From the NCBI GenBank assembly GCA_046590885.1, contig JBKJTS010000237.1, positions 1 through 34,416 of the forward strand: a DNA stretch of 34,416 nt, in the 5' to 3' direction. The translations under genes were made by a program, and so were the position numbers. Below, piece after piece: positions 27,495-34,416 of this stretch (the stretch's first letter is position 1; each line of letters starts with the position of its first letter). Below the pieces are notes generated by a model. That model had not been told where the DNA came from. It did not search any database and saw only the letters and a program-made list of their open reading frames with translations. The stretch is from Gammaproteobacteria bacterium (lineage in GTDB: Bacteria > Pseudomonadota > Gammaproteobacteria > Ga0077554 > Ga007554).

Positions 27495-28868
27495 ATGTTA
27501 AATATCAAAAGACTGCATACTACTGATGCTGATTTCTGGGGACAGCTTGACCGGCGATTGGCGTGGGAGAGTGTTTCTGATGATGCTGTGGTGCACACAG
27601 TGCGCGACATTCTGGCAAATGTGCGTACGCGCGGTGACACCGCCGTTCTCGAGTATACCAGCCGTTTCGATAGATTGAACGTGTCGCACATGGCAGATCT
27701 GGAAATATCTCAGCACCAGTTACAGGACGCGTTACAGAAAATTCCGGTTATACAGCGCGAGGCGCTTGAATTTTCTGCGATGCGTTTGCGCGTCTATCAC
27801 GAGCATCAGAAATCCGCTTCCTGGAGTTACACTGAAGCTGATGGTACCGTGCTCGGCCAGCAAGTCACCCCGCTGGAACGCGTCGGCTTATATGTGCCAG
27901 GCGGTAAGGCATCGTATCCTTCATCAGTATTAATGAATGCCATTCCGGCTAAAGTGGCGGGTGTGGATGAATTAATTATGGTAGTGCCCGCGCCTGGCGG
28001 CGTGTTGAATGATCTGGTATTGGCAGCCGCCGCCATCGCCGGGGTAGATCGCGTGTTTACGATTGGCGGCGCGCAAGCAGTGGCGGCATTAGCGTATGGC
28101 ACGCAAAACATTCCGCGTGTGGATAAAATTGTTGGCCCCGGTAACATCTACGTTGCCACGGCTAAAGGCATGGTGTTTGGCACGGTGGGCATCGACATGA
28201 TTGCTGGCCCATCGGAAATTCTGGTTATCTGTGATGGTTTCACTGATCCTGACTGGATTGCAATGGATCTGTTTTCACAGGCCGAGCACGATGAAGATGC
28301 ACAATCAATTTTGGTAAGTCCAGATGCAGGCTATCTTGACAAGGTAGAGGCCAGCATCGACCGGCTATTGCCGACTATGGAACGCGCGGCCGTGATAGAG
28401 ACATCGCTGGCCAAGCGTGGCGCGATGATACAAGTGCGTGATATTGACGAGGCTGTGACAGTGGCAAATTTTATTTCGCCCGAACATTTAGAGCTGTCGG
28501 TGGCCGATCCGCAAGCGTTAGCCGCACGCATTCGCAATGCCGGAGCGATTTTCATGGGGCGCTATACGGCCGAGGCGGTCGGTGATTATTGCGCAGGCCC
28601 AAACCATGTCTTGCCCACCTCGCGTACGGCGCGCTTTTCCTCGCCACTGGGTGTATATGATTTTCAAAAGCGTTCCAGCTTGATTATGTGTTCAGCGCAG
28701 GGTGCTGCAACGTTAGGTCACAGTGCCTCCATACTGGCGCGTGGCGAAGGACTGACTGCCCATGCGCGTTCTGCTGAATATCGCATGCCAGCAGCTGCCG
28801 GGCAGGATGCTCATGGCCGCACAGGCAAGGATGCGTCGGAGCAGCCGTCGTACAGGAGCGGGAAGTGA
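27495..28868 (+). CDS. hisD: histidinol dehydrogenase
   Basis: It has [42 protein letters not shown] and [12 protein letters not shown]. It carries about 25 extra low-complexity C-terminal residues. Confidence 0.95.
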   Translation: MLNIKRLHTTDADFWGQLDRRLAWESVSDDAVVHTVRDILANVRTRGDTAVLEYTSRFDRLNVSHMADLEISQHQLQDALQKIPVIQREALEFSAMRLRVYHEHQKSASWSYTEADGTVLGQQVTPLERVGLYVPGGKASYPSSVLMNAIPAKVAGVDELIMVVPAPGGVLNDLVLAAAAIAGVDRVFTIGGAQAVAALAYGTQNIPRVDKIVGPGNIYVATAKGMVFGTVGIDMIAGPSEILVICDGFTDPDWIAMDLFSQAEHDEDAQSILVSPDAGYLDKVEASIDRLLPTMERAAVIETSLAKRGAMIQVRDIDEAVTVANFISPEHLELSVADPQALAARIRNAGAIFMGRYTAEAVGDYCAGPNHVLPTSRTARFSSPLGVYDFQKRSSLIMCSAQGAATLGHSASILARGEGLTAHARSAEYRMPAAAGQDAHGRTGKDASEQPSYRSGK

Positions 28869-28872
28869 CTAA

Positions 28873-29961
28873 ATGAATGCCAAATCGGCTGATTTAATAG
28901 CCCAGTGGATTCGTCCGCAAGTGCGTGCTCTGTCTGCATATCATGTGCCTGAGGTCGGCAGCCTCATCAAGCTTGATGCAATGGAAAACCCCTATACCTG
29001 GCCCTTGCCGCTGGTGGATGAATGGCTGGAAGTACTGCGTAACGTCAGCTTAAATCGATACCCCGATCCCCAGGCGCGTGATTTAAAAGCACATCTGCGT
29101 AGCGCTCTGCAGGTGCCGCAGGGCATGGACATTATGCTGGGCAATGGTTCAGACGAGTTGATACAAATCATTGCCATGGCGGTGGCGGCGCCAGGACGCA
29201 CAGTATTGTCACCGGAACCGTCTTTTTCCATGTACCGCATGATTGCGGCGTTTGCTGCCTTGGAATATGTCGGTGTGCCGCTCAATGCCAATGACTATAG
29301 CCTGAATATGCCTGCGCTACGCACGGCGATTATCCAGCACCGTCCCGCTGTGGTGTTTTTGTCGCATCCCAATAATCCCACCGGCAATCTATTTGATGAA
29401 CAGCAGGTATGCGAACTGATTGAAATCAGCCCGGGTCTGGTGGTGGTTGATGAGGCATATCATGCCTTCGCCGGCAGCACCTTCATGCCGCGCCTCGCGC
29501 ACTATGACAACCTCCTGGTGCTGCGCACGTTATCGAAAATGGGGTTGGCAGGGCTGCGCATGGGCGTGCTGGCAGGTTCCCCCGCGTTGTTAAATGAGTT
29601 GGACAAAATCCGTTTGCCGTATAATATCAACATATTGACCCAGGCCAGTGCTGCATTTGCCTTGCGCTATTACGATGTTCTGGAAGCACAGGCTGCCAAA
29701 CTACGTGAAGATCGAGAACAATTGTTGACAGCGTTGTGTGCATTGAGTGGCATTACCGTTTACCCGAGCCGCGCCAATTTTATTTTGTTTCGTGTGCCCG
29801 CCGACCGCGCGTCGCAGATCTTTGAGTCGATCAAGGCGCAAGGCGTGTTGATTAAAAGCATGCACGGGGCGAGTACATTGCTGGCGGATTGCTTGCGCGT
29901 TACTGTAAGCACGCCAGAAGAAAATCAGGCTTTTTTAAAGGCTTTGAAAAACGCTTTATAA
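28873..29961 (+). CDS. hisC: histidinol-phosphate aminotransferase
   Basis: It has [36 protein letters not shown] and [13 protein letters not shown] (with the PLP lysine). Confidence 0.92.
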   Translation: MNAKSADLIAQWIRPQVRALSAYHVPEVGSLIKLDAMENPYTWPLPLVDEWLEVLRNVSLNRYPDPQARDLKAHLRSALQVPQGMDIMLGNGSDELIQIIAMAVAAPGRTVLSPEPSFSMYRMIAAFAALEYVGVPLNANDYSLNMPALRTAIIQHRPAVVFLSHPNNPTGNLFDEQQVCELIEISPGLVVVDEAYHAFAGSTFMPRLAHYDNLLVLRTLSKMGLAGLRMGVLAGSPALLNELDKIRLPYNINILTQASAAFALRYYDVLEAQAAKLREDREQLLTALCALSGITVYPSRANFILFRVPADRASQIFESIKAQGVLIKSMHGASTLLADCLRVTVSTPEENQAFLKALKNAL

Positions 29962-29977
29962 ACCGTGGAGAATATGT

Positions 29978-30571
29978 ATGACTGACCGCAAGGCCACTGT
30001 CAAACGTGACACATTGGAAACCCGCATCGAAGTAACAGTTAACCTCGAGGGCGCAGGTGTATCTAACTTTCAAACCGGCGTGCCATTCCTTGATCATATG
30101 ATAGATCAAATTGCGCGGCATGGCATGATTGATATTGATATCAAGGCCGAGGGTGATCTACATATTGATGCACACCACACCGTCGAAGACATCGGTATCA
30201 CGCTCGGCCAAGCTATTACCAAAGCAGTGGGTGACAGGCGCGGTATACGTCGTTACGGCCATGCGTATGTGCCGCTGGATGAGGCATTGTCGCGTGTGGT
30301 CATTGACTTTTCAGGCCGCCCCGGGCTGGAATACAATATTGATTTTCCACGTGCGCGAATTGGCGACTTTGATGTGGATTTGTTCCGTGAATTTTTTCAG
30401 GGTTTTGTTAATCACGCGCTGGTGACGTTGCACATTGATAATCTGCGTGGCCGAAACGCACACCATATTGTCGAAACCGTGTTTAAAGCGTTTGGCCGGG
30501 CGGTGCGGATGGCGTTGGAGCATGATCCACGCATGCAGGGCATCATGCCCTCTACCAAAGGCAGTCTTTAA
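29978..30571 (+). CDS. hisB: imidazoleglycerol-phosphate dehydratase
   Basis: It has [40 protein letters not shown] and [16 protein letters not shown]. Confidence 0.95.
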   Translation: MTDRKATVKRDTLETRIEVTVNLEGAGVSNFQTGVPFLDHMIDQIARHGMIDIDIKAEGDLHIDAHHTVEDIGITLGQAITKAVGDRRGIRRYGHAYVPLDEALSRVVIDFSGRPGLEYNIDFPRARIGDFDVDLFREFFQGFVNHALVTLHIDNLRGRNAHHIVETVFKAFGRAVRMALEHDPRMQGIMPSTKGSL

Positions 30572-30731
30572 GTGTCGCAAACGGGGAATAACGAACCATG
30601 AATCGGCGTCTTTTTTCGTCATGCATCGTTGCAGCCCCTTGCCGCACAAGGAGTGCGTCGGCAGGTCTGCGCCTTGCCTGGCGAAAAAATCCATCCGTTT
30701 CATTTGTCCCGTTATTCCCCGTTCGCGACAC
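30572..30731. mobile_element. 160-bp MITE-like palindromic insertion between hisB and hisH
   Basis: The 22-bp terminal inverted repeats match at 21 of 22 positions: GTGTCGCAAACGGGGAATAACG (30572-30593) and CGTTATTCCCCGTTCGCGACAC (30710-30731). The interior is also partly self-complementary. The element is flanked by direct TAA copies at 30569-30571 (the hisB stop codon) and 30732-30734. Confidence 0.55.
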
Positions 30732-30740
30732 TAATTTCAC

Positions 30741-31391
30741 ATGAGCAATGTTGCAGTAATTGATTATGGTATGGGTAATTTACGTTCTGTGGCTACGGCC
30801 TTGGAACATGTTGCAGGGTCAGCCAAGGTAGAAGTGACATCTTCTGCGGAGCGCATCATGCAAGCCGACCGCATTGTGTTTCCCGGCCAGGGTGCTGCGC
30901 GGGATTGCATGGCCGAGTTGCAGCGCTTGGGTCTGGATAAAGTAGTAAAAGAGGTGGTGGGCAGCAAACCTTTTTTGGGAATCTGCATGGGGCTGCAAGT
31001 GTTACTGGACGTTAGCGAAGAAAATGACGGCGTGCGGGGACTCGGTGTTTTTCCGGGCCCGGTGCGGCGCTTCCCTGCTGGAATGCGTGATACGCAGACG
31101 GGGGATGTATTGAAGATCCCTCACATGGGTTGGAACCAGGTGCATCAGATTACCCCACATCCCTTATGGCAAGGTATCGCACAAGACAGCCGGTTTTATT
31201 TCGTGCATAGCTATTATGTTGATCCTGCCGATACCACGCAGATTGCCGCTACTGCCCAGTATGGTGTAAAGTTTGTATGTGCCATGGCGCATCACAATGT
31301 TTTTGCAGTGCAATTCCATCCCGAGAAAAGCCAGCACGCGGGTTTAGCGCTGCTGTCTAATTTTATGCGCTGGGATGGAAAGATTACGTAA
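30741..31391 (+). CDS. hisH: imidazole glycerol phosphate synthase, glutaminase subunit
   Basis: It has VAVIDYGMGNLRSV, GICMGLQ (catalytic Cys), HMGWNQV and VQFHPEKS. Confidence 0.95.
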   Translation: MSNVAVIDYGMGNLRSVATALEHVAGSAKVEVTSSAERIMQADRIVFPGQGAARDCMAELQRLGLDKVVKEVVGSKPFLGICMGLQVLLDVSEENDGVRGLGVFPGPVRRFPAGMRDTQTGDVLKIPHMGWNQVHQITPHPLWQGIAQDSRFYFVHSYYVDPADTTQIAATAQYGVKFVCAMAHHNVFAVQFHPEKSQHAGLALLSNFMRWDGKIT

Positions 31392-31428
31392 AGAGAAGTA
31401 TTTTTAGTGTTTACATGAGGAAACTATC

Positions 31429-32163
31429 ATGTTGGTGATACCCGCCATTGATTTGAAAGATGGCAAATGCGTGCGTTTGCGTCAAGGGCGCATGGAAGAT
31501 GACACTGTATTCTCCGATGATCCACTCGCAGTTGCCGAGCGCTGGGTGCAAGCGGGCGCGCGACGTTTGCATATTGTGGATTTGAATGGTGCATTTGTGG
31601 GCAAGCCAGTTAACGCTGCCATCATTCGCGAAATCGTACGTGCCTATCCTGATCTGCCGGTGCAGGTGGGCGGCGGCATTCGTGATGACGACACTATTCA
31701 AACCTATCTTGATGCCGGTGTGCGTTACGTGATCCTAGGCACCAAGGCGATTAACACGCCGCATTTTGTCGGCGATGTGTGCCGTGAATTCCCGGGCCAC
31801 ATCATTGTCGGCCTAGATGCTAAAAATGGCAAAGTAGCGATTGATGGCTGGTCAAAGTTGTCTCATCATGACGTGATTGATATCGCGCAACGTTTTGAAA
31901 AAGACGGGGTCGAAGCCATAATCTATACCGACATCAGCCGCGATGGCATGATGGGCGGGGTGAACATTGAAGCCACCGTCATGTTGGCTCGTGCGGTGTC
32001 TATCCCGATTATTGCTTCGGGTGGCATCTCCCGGCTAGAAGATATTATGGCGTTATGCGCGGTGGCTGATGAAGGCATCACAGGTGTAATTACCGGCCGT
32101 GCACTATATGAAGGCACCTTGGATCTGGCCGCCGCGCAGAAACTGGCAGACGGGCCGGTCTGA
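31429..32163 (+). CDS. hisA: ProFAR isomerase
   Basis: It has [36 protein letters not shown] and ASGGIS. Confidence 0.95.
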   Translation: MLVIPAIDLKDGKCVRLRQGRMEDDTVFSDDPLAVAERWVQAGARRLHIVDLNGAFVGKPVNAAIIREIVRAYPDLPVQVGGGIRDDDTIQTYLDAGVRYVILGTKAINTPHFVGDVCREFPGHIIVGLDAKNGKVAIDGWSKLSHHDVIDIAQRFEKDGVEAIIYTDISRDGMMGGVNIEATVMLARAVSIPIIASGGISRLEDIMALCAVADEGITGVITGRALYEGTLDLAAAQKLADGPV

Positions 32164-32231
32164 TTCCACTTCAAACGGCGACTAAATATATCTCCTCTTA
32201 TTGCATGCGGGGAGAGGGTTAGGAGAGGTGT

Positions 32232-33029
32232 ATGAGTTTGGCAAAACGCATTATTCCATGTCTGGATGTTGATCGTGGTCGCGTTGTCAAAGGTGTAAAG
32301 TTTGTTGGTATCCGTGATGCAGGTGATCCCATAGAAATCGCCAAGCGTTATGACGAACAGGGTGCCGATGAACTGGTGTTTCTCGACATCACCGCCAGCT
32401 CTGATCAGCGCGACACGATGATTCATGTTGTGGAACAGGTCGCTGCTCAGGTATTTATTCCGCTTACCGTGGGGGGCGGTATCCGCAGTGTCGCTGACAT
32501 CCGCCGCATGCTCAACGCGGGGGCTGACAAAGTCGCCATTAACACTGCTGCCGTTCAAAATCCAGAATTAGTCAAAGAAGCTGCCGCGCGTTTTGGTTCG
32601 CAGTGCATTGTCTTGGCCATCGACGCTAAACGGGTCAATAGTGAAGGCGAGCCGACGCGCTGGGAAGTGTTCACCCACGGCGGGCGCCAACGCACGGGAA
32701 TTGATGTGGTGCAGTGGGCGAAGCAAATGACGGGGCCAGCAGGCGCCGGCGAGATCCTCCTCACCAGCATGGATCGCGATGGAACACGCGATGGCTTCGA
32801 CCTGGCGCTCATCCGCGCTGTCAGCGAAGCAGTGACCGTGCCCGTGATCGCCTCCGGCGGCGTCGGCAACCTTGATCATCTTGCCGACGGTGTCACCCTC
32901 GGCAAAGCCGACGCCGTTCTCGCCGCTAGCATTTTCCACTTCTGCGAGTATACCGTCGCCCAAGCCAAACAGCGCATGCTGGAGCGGGGGATTGAGGTTA
33001 GAGAAATTAATGCAGTACTTCGCACATAG
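32232..33029 (+). CDS. hisF: imidazole glycerol phosphate synthase, cyclase subunit
   Basis: It has [47 protein letters not shown] and IASGGVG. Confidence 0.95.
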   Translation: MSLAKRIIPCLDVDRGRVVKGVKFVGIRDAGDPIEIAKRYDEQGADELVFLDITASSDQRDTMIHVVEQVAAQVFIPLTVGGGIRSVADIRRMLNAGADKVAINTAAVQNPELVKEAAARFGSQCIVLAIDAKRVNSEGEPTRWEVFTHGGRQRTGIDVVQWAKQMTGPAGAGEILLTSMDRDGTRDGFDLALIRAVSEAVTVPVIASGGVGNLDHLADGVTLGKADAVLAASIFHFCEYTVAQAKQRMLERGIEVREINAVLRT

Positions 33030-33079
33030 CGAAAAATGATTTTAATCTATCACGAGCAACGAGAAATCTACCCCTGGCT

Positions 33080-34006
33080 TTAATCCCGATAACGCCTTAC
33101 CAAATCAGCATAAGCATCAATGCGGCGGTCGCGCAAATAAGGCCAAATGCGTCGCACCTGTTCGCTGCGAATCATGTCTATGTCGGTGATCAAGACACTC
33201 GGGGAATCTGCCATGGCACTGGCTACAATCTCACCTTGGGGGCCGCAGACAAAGCTTGACCCCCAAAATTGTATACCGGCACTGTGACCGGAAGGATCAG
33301 CTTCAAAGCCGGTGCGATTGCACACCAACACCGGCAGTCCGTTGGCAATAGCGTGAGCCCGCTGGATAGTGATCCAGGCGTCGTGTTGGCGGGTTTGCTC
33401 TGGTGTGTCGTCGTCTGGGCTCCAGCCAATGGCGGTGGGGTAGAGCAGCATGTCTGCCCCCGCCAGAGTCATGAGCCGCGCGGCTTCGGGGAACCATTGA
33501 TCCCAGCATACCAGTACTCCTAAACAGCCTACAGAGGTGTTGATGGGGGTGAATCCCATATCGCCATTCGAATTGGCACCGCGTGAATCACCAGGAGTAA
33601 AATAAAACTTTTCATAAAAACCTGGATCATCGGGAATATGCATTTTGCGGTATCTGCCCGCAATGCTGCCATCCCTTTCCAGTACCACAGCGGTATTGTG
33701 ATACAAGCCGGCTGCGCGGCGTTCAAATAACGATGCTACGACTACGAGGTTGAGTTCAACTGCAATTTTGCTCAATTGTGCGGTGCTGGGGCCGGGAATA
33801 TTCTCAGCCAAATCAAAACAGCGGGTGTCTTCTGTCTGGCAAAAATAAAGGCTGGTATGCAACTCCTGCAATAGCACCAGTTGGGCGCCCTGTTGCGCTG
33901 CGTCACGGATTCCTGCAATCGTCCGATCAAGGTTCGCGGCACGATCTTCGCTGCAGGATTGTTGGATCAAGCCAACGCGGATTTTTTTTGGCGCGACCCT
34001 GTTCAT
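33080..34006 (-). CDS. aguB: N-carbamoylputrescine amidase (carbon-nitrogen hydrolase family)
   Basis: It has LQELHTSLYFC, YRKMHIPDDPGFYEKFYFTPGD and VLVCWDQWFPEAAR (catalytic Cys), and it is adjacent to aguA. Confidence 0.85.
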   Translation of the reverse strand: MNRVAPKKIRVGLIQQSCSEDRAANLDRTIAGIRDAAQQGAQLVLLQELHTSLYFCQTEDTRCFDLAENIPGPSTAQLSKIAVELNLVVVASLFERRAAGLYHNTAVVLERDGSIAGRYRKMHIPDDPGFYEKFYFTPGDSRGANSNGDMGFTPINTSVGCLGVLVCWDQWFPEAARLMTLAGADMLLYPTAIGWSPDDDTPEQTRQHDAWITIQRAHAIANGLPVLVCNRTGFEADPSGHSAGIQFWGSSFVCGPQGEIVASAMADSPSVLITDIDMIRSEQVRRIWPYLRDRRIDAYADLVRRYRD

Positions 34007-34007
34007 A

Positions 34008-34416
34008 TCACAAAACTCCCGCAGGTAACTGCATAGTCACGCAGTGCAAACTGCCATGTTGTAAAATCAAGGGTTGGCACGACACAGCAATCACTTCCCG
34101 CTGCGGAAAGCATTTCTTTATCTGCATCAACGCCGTTTTGTCGGCCTTATCAGCATAGATGGGCACCAGCACCATTTCATTAATAATCAGAAAATTGGCG
34201 TAGGTGGCGGGTAAGCGATGACCATTATTGTCATATTTTGCTTGCGGCCAAGGTAGGGGAACCAAGGTATACGGCTGCCCATCACGGGTGTGAAAAGCTT
34301 TAAGTTCGTTTTCCATGGCTTTTAATTCGGTGTAATGTTCATCTTGCGGATCATCACAAGTAACATAGGTAATGGTGCGCGTGTCGCAAAAGCGCGCCAG
34401 CGTATCAATGTGGCTG
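34008..34416 (-). CDS. aguA: agmatine deiminase (C-terminal part; the N-terminus lies beyond the window end)
   Basis: Manual translation shows the frame stays open to the window edge (codons align to 34415): ..SHIDTLARFCDTRTITYVTCDDP..; it has a C-terminal GSLHCVTMQLP typical of the PAD_porph/agmatine deiminase family. Its stop lies 1 bp before the aguB start. Confidence 0.8.
   Translation of the reverse strand, partial: SHIDTLARFCDTRTITYVTCDDPQDEHYTELKAMENELKAFHTRDGQPYTLVPLPWPQAKYDNNGHRLPATYANFLIINEMVLVPIYADKADKTALMQIKKCFPQREVIAVSCQPLILQHGSLHCVTMQLPAGVL

Noticed and set aside
30435-30740. ORFs of 99 aa (plus strand) and 62 aa (minus strand) span the hisB-hisH spacer.
   Set aside because: They run through the palindromic MITE-like element, and the plus-strand ORF overlaps the hisB 3' end out of frame. 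The symmetry of the DNA explains open frames on both strands, and there is no SD or motif.

Overview
The window looks like a core chromosomal segment of a Gram-negative proteobacterium. The gamma/beta-type synteny and roughly 50% GC are judged by eye. It is almost fully coding, with about 38 CDS and no rRNA, tRNA or CRISPR that I can see. Gene order: uup (partial) and acnA; nitroreductase, bamD and a BamD-like/SPOR lipoprotein, divergent from rluD-pgeF; a ZIP transporter, ACT-domain protein and def; tmk-holB-pilZ-tatD; recN and corA; a DUF2156-like gene plus a GNAT gene; mlaF-mlaE-mlaD-[TolC-family OMP]-mlaC-mlaB-[PilZ]; ibaG-murA-[Dabb]-hisGDCB-hisHAF; then convergent aguB-aguA (partial). All calls come from reading the translations against remembered family motifs, because no searches could be run. 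The points most worth following up are: (1) a tandem BamD paralog that carries a C-terminal SPOR domain; (2) an Mla phospholipid-transport operon with an embedded TolC-family outer-membrane gene and a canonical PilZ gene, and no mlaA in view; (3) a DUF2156-like plus GNAT two-gene module behind a 31-bp near-perfect palindrome; (4) two unrelated MITE-like palindromic insertions with TNA flanking duplications sitting exactly at operon junctions, one of which has destroyed an ancestral tmk/holB ATGA overlap. No classic defence, toxin or prophage genes were recognised.
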